The notes under the pieces were generated by a model, which did not search any database, was not told the origin of the DNA, and saw nothing but the letters and a program-made list of their open reading frames with translations. The position numbers and the translations under genes were made by a program. Of a stretch of 64,000 nt of DNA, positions 1 through 12,475 are shown in pieces. Positions within the stretch are counted from its first letter, which is position 1. Each line of letters starts with the position of its first letter. Origin of the DNA: Octopus vulgaris (taxonomy: Eukaryota). The DNA lies in NCBI GenBank assembly GCA_951406725.2, contig OX597825.1, positions 89,218,001 through 89,282,000 on the forward strand, in the 5' to 3' direction.

Positions 1-995
1 ACAACGAAGTGTGTTTAATTTTACGTAAAACAACATGCACGTGAAAGAGAAACAAGATAATGGGGGTCACCGTATGAAAAGAGTATGAAAAGTAAATAAT
101 ATTTTTATAAGCTACCTGTTCCAAACACGAAGGAGATATCCTTGCACTTGCTCTCTGGAAATTTCTAATTTAAAGCTTGTGCGCAGATGTATATGTGTGT
201 GAGTTAAGTGTGGCATTCAAAAGTTACGAAGTCGTTAAGTGAACGCAAAAGGAATGATTTGTAGGTACAACTCAGAAACCATTCTGTATTCGGTTGTTGT
301 GAATGGAGAAAATAAATTGTTGGGTTTAACACGTCATTTTATATTTTCATTACAAGCAAACACATTTATAACGGTGAATATATGTTATCCACTGTATAAA
401 TTCATTTGCATAATGTGAGGTATTTCACCATCAAATGCTGATTTAAAACTTGAAGATAAAATAGTTCACCAATTAAAACAACAGCCACACATTCGTGTAG
501 CCGATACTTCATCAATTTTAATATTACTATGTGAGTGATATTTACATACATAACGAATACACTTTACACACATACACACACATATATAAACTATTGCAGT
601 ATGGAAGATGTTTATAAACCATTTAAGAACACACAAAAGCGGTTGGTTTCACTTCAACATTTAAATTTAATTTATGGTAAAATGTTTTCGTCGCTTTGAA
701 ACCGCGGCCTGATAACTGAAAAAAACTCCGTGCTACTTCTGAGAAAGTAACATTTCTTGATATGTATGTATGTATTTATGTATGTATGTACGCACGCACG
801 CACTATTGTACATGCGTATGCATGCATATATATATAAGTATGCATGTATATGTGTACGCATGTATGCATTTACTTATGTAGGTGTGTAGACGTGTCTGCA
901 TGCGTGTATATATATGTATGTATATGTAAACGTATGCTTCTGTACTGATATATGTCTGTTCAAGTTGTATATATAATAGTTACTCTATCGAAGGT

Positions 996-996
<1 letters not shown>

Positions 997-1080
<84 letters not shown>
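997..1080. repeat. Compound (TA)n(TG)n microsatellite
   Basis: Directly visible; representative of dozens of similar tracts (e.g. 1898-1992, 16150-16312, 25331-25394, 44743-44801, 55100-55208). Confidence 0.98.
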
Positions 1081-1081
<1 letters not shown>

Positions 1082-1893
1082 CCTTTTACCACCGTCTAAC
1101 GGTGAATAGACACAACGTCTTAGATACATACATGCAAATATAAACCTACCTATACATAGATACAAGCATACACAATCATATACACACATATATGTATATG
1201 TATATGTATACATATAATCTTACAGCATACACATATATACATTTATCCATCTACACAAATGTCTCTATTTTCACAGACAATGGTTAAACTCAAATATTTT
1301 GTGCTTTATATACACATATACATATATGCATCTATGTGTGTGCGTGTGAGCGCGTACTACCCGCAGACACATTTACAATATTTTTTGAGTTGTCTGGCTG
1401 CAAAAGCGTTTCGATTTGAAGATCAAAGTTGCTTACACATGAACAGGAAATACTTGGTATAATTAATCGTATTATTAGCAATTAGCAGCATAGATTCTGT
1501 TAAAAAATAAGTTATTGACATATCTCCACTTCGTTCAAAACGTTTCGGTATTTATTGTATCAAATAGAAAAATCAATGTTTTCCATGCAAATATATTTAT
1601 CCCGATATTGAATGGAAACTCGGTGATAGGAACGATGTATTTATTAAGTGCGCATGTCGCATGTCAATAGATCTCTTTCCTTGAACTCTGTGTTTTCTGT
1701 GGAGAATCTCATTAATCTTTAACGCTTATTTGCTGCTTTTACTTTGATTAATCACTCTATTCACGTTAAAATCTGTCGCTCACCTTAATTATCCCTTTTG
1801 GAACTAATAATAGAGAGACGCTTGTAGATTCAGCCTGTCATTTATGGCTGTCATTCATTAAGTATAATTGTTTCTCCACTTGGTTGCGCACGC

Positions 1894-1967
<74 letters not shown>

Positions 1968-1994
1968 TATAGATAGATAGATAGATAGATATAT

Positions 1995-2170
1995 AATCAA
2001 AATAAGCAACAAGGATATCCAAGGCAGTGTAATACAATCGTTTCATGCTACTTCATTTTATTAAACACTGTAAGCATTACATTAGTTTCAAAATGTCGAG
2101 CAATCTTCAACCACATATAGAATTTTTACTTAAACGGCCAATGCACATTTTAATACTTATTTCATTTGCC
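1995..2170 (-). mobile_element. Penelope-like element 3' terminal repeat fragment (family A), degenerate hammerhead motif
   Basis: Homologous to 27425-27650 and 42105-42330 (tcaaaataagcaacaaggatatcc...tttcatgc...caatcttca). Minus strand reads TTGAAGA...GAAACGATTGTA. Confidence 0.6.
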
Positions 2171-2213
2171 AAAATTACAAAGAGGGTAGATATATAGACA
2201 GAGAGGTTTATAT

Positions 2214-2277
<64 letters not shown>

Positions 2278-2732
2278 CAGAGATGAGATCCAGTGATGCT
2301 CCGTACAGTAGATAGTAAGTACTCAAAAGATTAAAACTTCGATTCCGATGTCTTTACAGGGGATCGATTCCACAAGGTTAAGAAAGGCCAAGAGAGGGTT
2401 CGAAGTTGAGTAGATATAAAGCTAATAATGCGGATAAAGTAATTAGACACATAAAATATTTTAAAGATCAAATACAAAAAAGAATGGAGAGGAAGAAAAC
2501 TGTAGAAACTTCCAGATGATGTTTTTATGTATAAATATGTAGATACTTATATAAATAGCTCCGACTTGAACAGAGTACAAACGACAGAGAAAATTAAAGG
2601 GGTTGAAAGAAAGGGGCTATAAGTCCAAGAGCTGTTTCTGGGAGCTTGGCGATTTTGCATTCTTCATTCTCGGTGACTCATTCTGGGATTTACTCACTGC
2701 AGGCTGTCATTTCCGTTATCATTATTATTATT

Positions 2733-2954
2733 AAGGCAGTGAGCTGGTAAAATCGTTAGCGCGCCGGTTGAAATGCTTAGCGATATTTCGTCTGTCTTCT
2801 CGTTCTGAGTTCAAATTCCACCGAGGTCGACTTTGCTTTTCATTCTTTCCGATTTCACAAATTAAGTACTAGTTTAACACTGGGTCGATCTAATTCACTA
2901 GTCCCCGCGCCCAAAATTTCAGGCCTTGTGCCTATAGTAGGAAGCATTATTATT
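2733..2954 (+). mobile_element. tRNA-derived SINE (family with gtcgactttgcctttcat...aagtaccag core)
   Basis: Head aaggcagtgagctggtaaaatcgttag, B-box-like gagttcaaattcc, (att)n tail. Further copies at 12293, 26860, 48820 and 49097. Confidence 0.85.
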
Positions 2955-5285
2955 TAAGACGTCGCACAGCATGCAATACACCTTCTAAGGAGTCTAAGTC
3001 TCTCTTGGGCTGCCAAGAAGAAGTGGCCAATTCAAGCAATTATTTGAGTACGGATGGCAAATTGTTTGATCGAGGCTGACAAAAGGCCAGCCATACAAAA
3101 TGAAAGATTAGGAAATTCGAGTGGATTGGTTCCAATGTAAGACGAGAAAGCTGACCTCACGTACGCTAAACTTTTAATGTGGTTTCAACATGTATTGGAT
3201 ATCTGGTCACTTTAATATACCCACGTTTCGATAGGGAAATACAAAACTGGAGCGGATACTCATAACGTTTCACAAACGACTTCCATTAGCTAAACTGTCT
3301 GTATGCTACATCATTTGATTATAAGTAAAATGTCTTTCCGAGTTCAATTTCCAACTAGGTCGACTTTGCATTTCATCGTTTCGGGGTCTATAAACAAATA
3401 CCGGTTGACTACTGGGCTCAATGTATTCCGAAATTGCAAAACTTTTGCTGCTTATGGTATTTAAAATAACATGGATCAACTTCGAGTTTGCTATCCCCCA
3501 AAATATGTCTCTTTTGCCTTTTTCAAAACACATTTTGATTTATGATGTACAAGAATTGAAAATATAAAATTGAATAACCTGTAAATGTATGTCCTTCTAG
3601 TTTATCGACAAATATCACTGAAGAAATACTTGAGCATTACTGGAATAAAATAATTTTTCAAAAGGTGTCCATCTCTGAATTTCTATCCAGTGATTCGTGA
3701 TTTTTCTTCGCTCCTTTTCTCTTTTCTATGTTTATTTTTTTTTGCAAGTCGTAAACAAAGTGAATATAACATCCGTTAGCGGATTGTTCTGTATCAGCAC
3801 CAAATAACTAAATACCGTGACAAAAAGATAACAAAGACGAATCGATGTGATGTGTTATCTTCTCGAAACTGTCAGGAAACCTGTGAAAAAATTCTAACCT
3901 TATCCTCGTAAGCAAAGGATAAATGCTAAATAAAACAGACCAAGTAGTGCGAAATACTGGAGATTGGGGTGATTGCGACTGGATTGCTTTTCATTCTCGA
4001 TTTGAGAAGCAATACCAGCAACATTTCTAACGTTGGCAATAGTGAAGCCCAGCAATTAGGCATTAGACAACAATGACACCCAATAGATTAGACATTATCA
4101 TCAACATTTGAATAGAGAAGAAATATGACATCGTCAATCTCACATTATTTCAAATTGAAGCGACAGGCCATACGAAGGAAACGAGTTCTTGCTCATACTC
4201 TTACTATTATCAGATGTATTTATATGGAGTCACTTATTTGTATTTCGGGAAAAGAGATGAGATAAATCAGGAATCGAAACTGAGTGGCATTTTTCAGCGT
4301 TATTAGGAAACCTGAATTCGTGCATTGAGTTATAATGTAAAAATCTCTCTTTACATTTTCCTAATTTGCATATAGCGTGAAAGAAGATTAAAACAGTTAG
4401 TCACGTCAGCGAATACTCATTTAGACTCTCTCTCTCACAGATATGCGAGCCAAATCAATATTAAAATGATACACAAACACAGTCACACACGCGCACGAAC
4501 ACACACACGCATCCCCCATATATATATATTGAGAGAGAGAGAGAGAGAGAGAATATAATATATATATATATATGTGGAGAGAGAGAGACTATAAGTAGCA
4601 TATATGTGTGTGCTGTTGCCGAACGCTCCCATGCGTAAAGTAGTGAATGGTTTAAAGAGAAATTTCCAAAAGCTTTCAAAGCCATTTTGTCATGAAACTA
4701 CTCCATAACGATCAGTGATAATTAAGAGCTAAATATTATTTAAACAAACTAAGCTTTTGATTTGAATATAAAATGATTAACTTTCACTGGTTTATGTAAA
4801 TATGAACGTCATGTTTTCTTTATTTTTTGAACAAATAATTTAAGTTTTACATTTCTGATAATGAATGGCTTTTTTATGTTTCCTAGTGGGTTTATGCGAC
4901 TAGGCTTCTCAAAATGTACCGCACACACGCCTTTATGTGTGGGGCTATACATATGCTGATGCATATGAGAGAATATGTAAGTACACATTTATATAAATGT
5001 GTGTATTTGTGTGTGTGTCTGTGTGTGTGCTTGTATATATGCATAACATACAAGAGTTTGTCACAAAGATACGACAAGCATTCTTGAACACCAAGTCTGT
5101 AGAATGTATGACATTCTGCCAAGAAAATTCAAGTCGACTTCTTGGGTTTTATTCAGGACCCATCGCACGGAATCATTCCTATTATCTCCTAGTGGTGGTC
5201 GTATTATCGATCCAGCTATCACGCACACGCGTGCGTTTGTATGCACGTGATTATCGTTGTACACACACACACACACCTATATGCA

Positions 5286-5320
<35 letters not shown>

Positions 5321-5326
<6 letters not shown>

Positions 5327-5587
5327 CAATATAAGGAATGGCCATAATAGGCCATTCGACTCACTAGAAAGAGCAGCCAAACTCAAACCGTTAATAGTTG
5401 TAATTCTGAAATTGAAAGAGAAATAAAAAACGTTTACCCTTTCATCTCTGCATAGTCCAGAGATGAAAGGGTAAACGTTTTTTATTTCTCTTTCAATTTC
5501 AGAATTACAACTATTAACGGTTTGAGTTTGGCTGCTCTTTCTAGTGAGTCGAATGGCCTATTATGGCCATTCCTTATATTGTTGAAT
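5321..5587. repeat. Perfect inverted repeat, 130-bp arms with 7-nt loop
   Basis: 5321-5450 is the exact reverse complement of 5458-5587; loop catagtc. Confidence 0.97.
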
Positions 5588-5933
5588 GTATATTATATAG
5601 TCTTTGACTATCTTCTCTTTTTCACTAGACCGCTGGTAGCTGAGAATTTTTTCTAGATTTTTTGCTACCCTTATATTTATTAATATATATATATATGTGT
5701 ATATATAAAGAGAGAGAGAGAGAGAGATTGAGAGAGAGAGTTTTCAGCTTGTAGGATCTTATCGATTAATACAATCACGCCATATTCCTCTTTCTTATTT
5801 GATCAGCAACAGCATCGATGTATGGAAAGACAACCGCAATAGGATATGAAAGCAAACAGAGACCTAAATGCATCTACCTAAACACATTTGTCCGTTATGA
5901 GAGAAACGAACAATACTTAAGAAATGACAATAC

Positions 5934-6129
5934 CTTTGAATCGTGTTGTTAAGTATATTATCCAGGTATTGTCCCCATACCTTTCCTCCAGCGGCGGCAG
6001 CAATCATGTAATCCAACAAAATGTTCCATCCTACAACGAAGCCACAAAGTTCACCAACTGTTACATAACTATAGAAATATGCCGCTCCAGCCCGTGGCAG
6101 TCGTGCCGAAAACTCACTGTAGCACAAAC
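5934..6129 (-). CDS. Cationic amino acid transporter (SLC7A/CAT family) next exon, TM2-TM3
   Basis: Translates (G)LCYSEFSARLPRAGAAYFYSYVTVGELCGFVVGWNILLDYMIAAAAGGKVWGQYLDNILNNTIQ. Acceptor ctattttcag, donor AG|gtattg. The phase-1 start joins the 11944 exon to give LLSG-LCYSEF. Confidence 0.93.
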
Positions 6130-7259
6130 CTGAAAATAGGAATTAAAAAGTGGATTTGTAACGAAAAGAATAATTGCATATGTTGAATTATCGTCATCTC
6201 TTAAGATATTTACTTATTTACTTCTAAATAAATCTCGTGCGAAATAAGGAAGCAACAAATTGAACACAGAATAACGATGCTGGGGTAAGATCTTCAATGA
6301 ATTTTCACTCACTGGATCGACTGAATTGTCAATCCTGGCATATATCTCCAAACGGCTGAGTATCTCACAGATACGTACTTCTTAGCGAATTCTCAGACCG
6401 AATTCATGTAATAAATGACAAAGTTAGGAACTTTTTGTTACAGTTAAAAAAACAGAGAAGAAAACACATCCACGTTTTGTCTTTCATTAGTTAATCGTTA
6501 TGTTCTTTAACGAAAGCGAAATAATGCGAGTAAATGTGAACTCGGCAGGATTTCTACTTCAGAGACAAGGAACTCGAACGAATATCTCAGGCTTTTCTAC
6601 TTATCACCCTAACCGTCATGCGATAATCACAAGAGTGATAAACATGACTAAGCTATTGGAATTATGACTGCATTGAAAATAGCATTTACTTTACTCCTTG
6701 TTTTAAATGCAAATTATATCCTTAAATTAACATGGGTACGATTGTTATTCTTTGTTGAGATGTATGATTAATGGTATGTTTCAGGAGGGAAGAAGACCCG
6801 TGTGTCAGCGTATGTGTATTTGGCATCGGACAAGTTAGTGGACTGTGTTAACGTGTCTGCTTGTTTCTTTATGAGGGTGTGGATGTTTCTAAGTATAAAG
6901 ATCGGGTGGCTTTACTTAGAGCGCAGGAAATGTTGGTGTGTAATGTTGCTTAGGTGAGCGAAATGAATGTGTATGAAAAATTGTGTGTCTTCACGTGTTT
7001 CTGAATACGTCAGTGATATGATGTAGGGTAGCGTAGAAGTAGTATACTTGCCTAATGGACAGCCTCTTTGTTGTTGTGTGTATGTGGATTTCAAGATCAT
7101 GATATGCCGAACGAACGACACGTGAATATGTTCGAAGCTGTCCCAGTTCGTGTGCTGTTATATTTGTAAAGACTTGGTGTTTGTGTAAATAAACACCGTC
7201 GTGTGATGGGTAAAATAGTATTAATTGAAGAATGTTAAATCGAAGATAATAAAAAAAAA

Positions 7260-7960
7260 ATCTAATAGTTTCGAATATGTTTTATCATTAAAATATTATC
7301 TGGACTGCAACAATTGAAAATATACAATGAAAGTGTAAGCTTTTTCTGAAGGGGAGGGGCTCAGAAAAAGGAATCGAAAGGTGTAGTAAACGAAGCATAG
7401 ATGCGTGTGTCTGTCACTTTAAGGTGTGTGTAAGTATTTTCTAGAGAGCGAGAGTAGAAAGGAGGGAAAAGAGTAATTGAAAGGCGATTTTTGTCAAATT
7501 AGGTCTTTAGCGTTTGTAGTTCTGTGTTTGTGTGTAGGGTGAGATGAGTTTGAATTCGGCGCGCATGTATATGTGTAATAGTTTGAAGGATCTGCGCACA
7601 AAAGCGTCATTGGGAGTGCATTGTACATATGTATATTGGCAATGATTACGTGTCTGATGTGAAATGTAGATGTGCCTTGCAAGCCTGGCAGACATCGGTG
7701 GCCAGGTTGCCGATCGAAGGTAGATCGCATACGGAAGCATTTCACGTATAGAAAAGATTGATGGAGAGGCAACAGAGTTTTTTTTTTCATAGTATCTGCG
7801 CTGGTCCCTGCCGGTGAGGGCGGTAGTGTTGGAAAGGAAAACGCTAGTGTTGAAGCAGGTTAGTGAAGAATGGATAGAACCAGAAGGGCGAGTAGATGTA
7901 GGAGAGATAAGGATGAAGAGCTTACCTGTGAAAGAGTGCATGCATGAGTGGGTGCCAAGC
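7260..7960 (-). mobile_element. Highly degenerate Penelope-like GIY-YIG endonuclease region and 3' end
   Basis: Frameshifted minus-strand peptides FLSNTTALTG..SINLFY/VKC..RQPGHR/MSARLARHI resemble the PLE pattern SxNxIYCIxCxxC..YIGQTGRRLxxRFxEH. Confidence 0.4.
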
Positions 7961-8030
7961 TGCAAGTAGTCCCAGACTTTTTCTTTTTTTTTTACCATTA
8001 TATATCTAAATATTTTTTGATAGTCATGTT

Positions 8031-8468
8031 CTCTTTTTCTTTACTTGTTTCAGTCATTAGACTACGGCCATACTGGGGCAATGTCTTGAATCTTTTTTTT
8101 TTTGTCGAACGAATCGACCCCAATACTTATTTTTAAAACCCTGGTACTTATTCTATCGGTCTCTTTTGCCGAACTGCTAAGATATGGGGACATAAACACA
8201 CCAACACCGGTTGTCAAATGGAGATGGTGAGGGAAAACAAACAGGCAGAAAGACACATATATAGATATATTTATACACACACACGCACACACAAACACAT
8301 ATATATGACGGGCTTCTTTCAGTTTCCGTCTACCAAATCCACTCACAAGGCTCTGGTCAGCCCGAGGTTATCGTAGAAGACACTTGCCCAACGTGCCACG
8401 CAGTAGGACTGAACCCAGATCCATGTGATTGGGAAGCAAGCTTCTTACCAGAGCACCACTCCTACGCT
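8031..8468 (-). mobile_element. Composite tRNA-derived SINE with internal microsatellite
   Basis: Reverse complement of the family at 18591-18976 (ttgggcaagtgtcttc, gtgagtggatttggtagacggaaactgaaagaagcc, atgactgaaacaagtaaa tail). Confidence 0.9.
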
Positions 8469-11039
8469 TATTATATTATATTTAAATACTTTACACAATT
8501 ATAAATCTAAATTCTTTCATAGTCATCACAGATATTATGGAAACAAAATTACATTTTGAGGTTAAAATTTAGGAAGTTAAATTAAGGATCACAACATTCT
8601 GTGTTCAAATTTTCTTGTTTCTAATTCTGTATATTTCATAGAAATAGTGTTAAAGTGCAGTTTTAAGCGGCGCCATTCAGAATTACGTGGAATATCTACA
8701 TAAAAGCTGACAGCAAACATAACAGGGTGATATGAACATTATCGTACTCTAAACCCTCCTTCAAAATATTTACTATCGAGTGACAACTTGGCTGATATAG
8801 CACAAAAAAAAAATTGAAATGTTGATTTAGAATGAATGGACTGTGTTCTACAATTAGATGCCAGTTTTCTTCTACTTATATTAAATCAGATATTAAAAAA
8901 AAAAAACGGTTACAAGGGATTTATCATTGTAATCAATAAAATAATCGCACACGGAACAATAAGACAGTCAGGAAATATGACAGCTAAGCTCCAGGGAAAC
9001 AGAGAATCAAGATTTTATTGTTGGAAAAAACTATTTACTCATGTCACTTCATGAACGAACGTCGGATTATAAATAATTGCATTTCTTTCATCGGTGAAAG
9101 CTTTTGTATCAGACAAACAATATAATTTTTCAAAAAGGAAATGTATGTATGTATGTATGTATGTATTTATACAAATGCATATTTGTCGAATTATTATTCG
9201 TCACCCAGGAGACCAACTGCATCAGAACGTGGTAAAATGGGCTTAATGAATTAGTAATTGGAAACATTTCTATGGAATAATTTCTAAAGGGAAAATTAAC
9301 ACTAGAAAACAATATATTTCAATTTGCACATTGTAATCTATTTAAATATGTTCAATCTCAAACTTAAAACATTTAAAAATATATATAATATAAATGCGAC
9401 AGTTTTCCTTCAAGACGCATACATGATTGAATGTTACACATTGATCTGTTCGTAAACCACAGGAAAAGTATAAAGATTGTCTTTTGCATTCTCAGATTAG
9501 ATAAATGCAACATTCTGTTAAACTTGAAATCAGGATCTTGCTAAAAAGTTATTTTCAATCATATTTGATTGCCAATATCGATTAAGTGTATGTTTATTGT
9601 TTTAAAAGACATTATTTTTCTTTCTAACGGATGTATATTTTCGTTAACGGCGAGAGAGTGTTGCCAGTTCTAACATTTCCAACGTATTGTAACTGTATTT
9701 TGAAGAATGTTGAAATTGCTTCAAGTACTGGCTCTTGTGGAAAAACAATGGGAGACAGTCATTTGTTTGAAGACGGATCACCATTATTTTTGCTAATAAA
9801 ACTCTAAAATACTTGCGTACATAGCATTCGTTTGAAGCTATAACAGTCTACTGGAGTTTAGCCTCCAGCATACACAAGAAATAAAACGTCTGGTTACGCT
9901 GTCAAATAATCACAGCTACCACACCACTGGATACAACATTAAGAAATAGCAATGGATGACCTATTCAATTATTAATTTGTCTACTTCTAAATTTCTTTGC
10001 ATAGTGTGTTTTAAAGTCAATATTTAAATTCGAATTCGTTGTGGATTGCTGATAGGGATACTTTAAGCAGTATGGGTACTTTAATCAGCAAAGGCTTATA
10101 TATAAATATGTGTATATGTAGTTTATATTACTGGGGCTAGAATTCGAATTGGTGTCAAGTATAGTTACGTGTTTGCCGTTCGATGTAAAGTGGAAGAGAT
10201 TTAAGCGAGGAATTTAATCCGATTCACTCGACCGACTATCCGTTGGTACATCGCATTTCGAGGCCCCTGATTCTAGTCTTCTTGAATAAGCAATGTCTAA
10301 TTTACTTTATAAGAAACAGAGAAATACAATGGGAAAAGAGAATAATAAACTTATGATGCATGTTAACCATCTCATAAAAAGAAATATGCTGAATGTTTTC
10401 ATTGGTAGATGTTATGCATAACATATGAGTCATTTAAATATATGTAAGAGCTGTAGAAAAAGAAAAAAAGAAATCTGTTTTAATTTCAACTATTTTTAGA
10501 CTGCTTTGTCTTACTATTCCAAAAATTCCCTCCAATTCACTTTCCTTTCCATGTCCTCTCTTCTCTATGACTGTGAGAGTATGTTTTGCGAATAGGAACT
10601 GGTGTGTGTGTGTGTACATATGTGTGTGTTATAAACAAGAAATTATGCATAATAGACTGTCTAGTCCCGAGAAAACACTTTGATAACTGTATTTCTATTT
10701 TCTATATATTTATGTATACATAAAACACACAGACACACACACATAATGCATTTTAAATTTAGGTGCCCGAAGCCAACATATGTCAGATTCTGACATAAAA
10801 ATGTTTGCAGTATATTCTATTGTTCGCATTTTTTTTGTTCTTGTTATAAATGTGCCATTGTTAGTGCATCTTTCAGTCTTTATTTATTTCTAGTTTTATA
10901 ATCTTTTTTACTCAATCTCAGTAAAGGTTGATTTAAGAATATTGCATTGTGAATTCACCTTAACAATGTTTTTTTTTCTAACTACTTGAAGTATGATTCG
11001 CTTTGCAGCATGAAATAAACCGAACCTAATTTTATTAAT

Positions 11040-11500
11040 GATACAACTCTTTCCGTTACACCACCATCGCCTCCATGGCACATCTTCTGAATCTTCGCCA
11101 TTTCTCATTGAGTTGTGCCATTCCTCGAGAACTGACAATTTCAAGTGGTTATTACTGATAGGAATGATTTTCAGTTGGACAGCTGAACACAGTCTCTGCT
11201 GGGCTTAACTTACAACAAAAACCTTACTTTTCGATTGTTCGCGATCAAATCTCTTTCAATCCATAATCTTAGAATATGAATATATTTCGGAGAAGTGAGA
11301 AGTTATTGTTGAATTTTTCGTATAATGGTATTACATGAAGAATGCGGTTCATGTAACATTCAGAAGACCAATGTTTCCCTCGCAGCGCTACATTCCATTA
11401 CATGAACTTCAGTCTGCAGTAAGAGCTTCTTTTAGGCTAAGGTAGAAGAAACCGCAGTTTGTTACTGATAGATTTTAAATTCCCAACGTAAAAGATGAGA
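11040..11500 (-). mobile_element. Ancient Tc1-like transposase relic
   Basis: Broken peptides KIQQ*, LSPAETVF and LKLSVLEEW occur in the order of Tc1 FQQDN, LSPIENxW and LKxAxxEEW; very decayed. Confidence 0.3.
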
Positions 11501-11943
11501 ATTTCTTGAAGGAATTTGTCTCACCGTGAACCTTTTCTTTCTGCTGATATCATTATAGCTTTGTAAATGTTAGAATCATTGTAATATTTTATGGAATTCC
11601 TTCGATCTTTCGGTTACAACGTATGAGCCAATGAGGGATAGCATGGTCGGTAGCTCCACCAACTAAAAACATCAACCACATGAACTTTATATCAAAACCT
11701 AATGTTTTTAAAGAAAAAAGGAAGGGTCCATTAGACACTTCTGGATAATCTATACCCAACGAAGTATGAATGATAGGAAGACATATGGTAATAGTCTGCC
11801 AAATCTTGATCTTAACTAGGGATAAATCACATCTGGTACCTTAGAACAGTTAGAAACAGTTATCAAATATAGGTGGTTCAGTAATTTAGGTTTAACACTA
11901 TATTTACTGATTGAGTTGATTAGAAACATTATAGTATACTCAC

Positions 11944-12063
11944 CGGATAGAAGAGCTGCAACGCCAGCTATGAGTACAGATATCACCACGGAAGGTCCAG
12001 CTTGATGATGTGCCACGTGACAAATAATAACATAAACACCAATTCCAAGAGTGCTGCCAACAC
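11944..12063 (-). CDS. Cationic amino acid transporter (SLC7A/CAT family) internal exon, TM1-TM2
   Basis: Translates (G)[39 protein letters not shown](G), matching the CAT motif GVGSTLGAGVY...AGPS. Acceptor ttgtttacag, donor G|gtgagt, 120 nt, phase 1/1. Confidence 0.93.
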
Positions 12064-12073
12064 CTGTAAACAA

Positions 12074-12130
<57 letters not shown>

Positions 12131-12134
12131 GTTA

Positions 12135-12187
<53 letters not shown>

Positions 12188-12191
12188 GTTA

Positions 12192-12253
<62 letters not shown>

Positions 12254-12257
12254 GTTA

Positions 12258-12292
<35 letters not shown>
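12074..12292. repeat. (TAT)n/(AAT)n tract with periodic ttgttatc interruptions
   Basis: Directly visible; ends about 10 nt from the exon acceptor at 12064. Confidence 0.98.
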
Positions 12293-12294
<2 letters not shown>

Positions 12295-12444
12295 GGCAGG
12301 AATCAGGCAAAATCGTTAGCACACGATTTCAAATTCCGTTGAGGTCGACTTTGCTTTTCATGATTAAGTACCAGTTGGATACTGGAGTCGATATAATTGC
12401 CTTACGCCCACCCATCCATATTTCAGACCTATAGTAGAAAAGAT
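12293..12444 (+). mobile_element. tRNA-derived SINE, internally deleted
   Basis: aaggcagg...aatcgttagc...ttcaaattccgttgaggtcgactttgcttttcat...aagtaccagt; same family as 2733. Confidence 0.8.
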
Positions 12445-12475
12445 TATTATTATCATTATTATTATTATTATTATT

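Noticed and set aside
600-745. Possible further hammerhead-type repeat end (minus strand gcgacGAAAacatttt)
   Set aside because: No recognisable CTGANGA box in this copy.
672-2046. ORFs rich in YI, CV, HT or LS dipeptides (here and throughout the window)
   Set aside because: They are translations of dinucleotide microsatellites.
11816-12434. Poly-Asn, poly-Ile and poly-Leu ORFs, including an apparent poly-Asn N-terminus on the transporter
   Set aside because: Read-through of the (AAT)n tract; a proper acceptor at 12064 delimits the exon.
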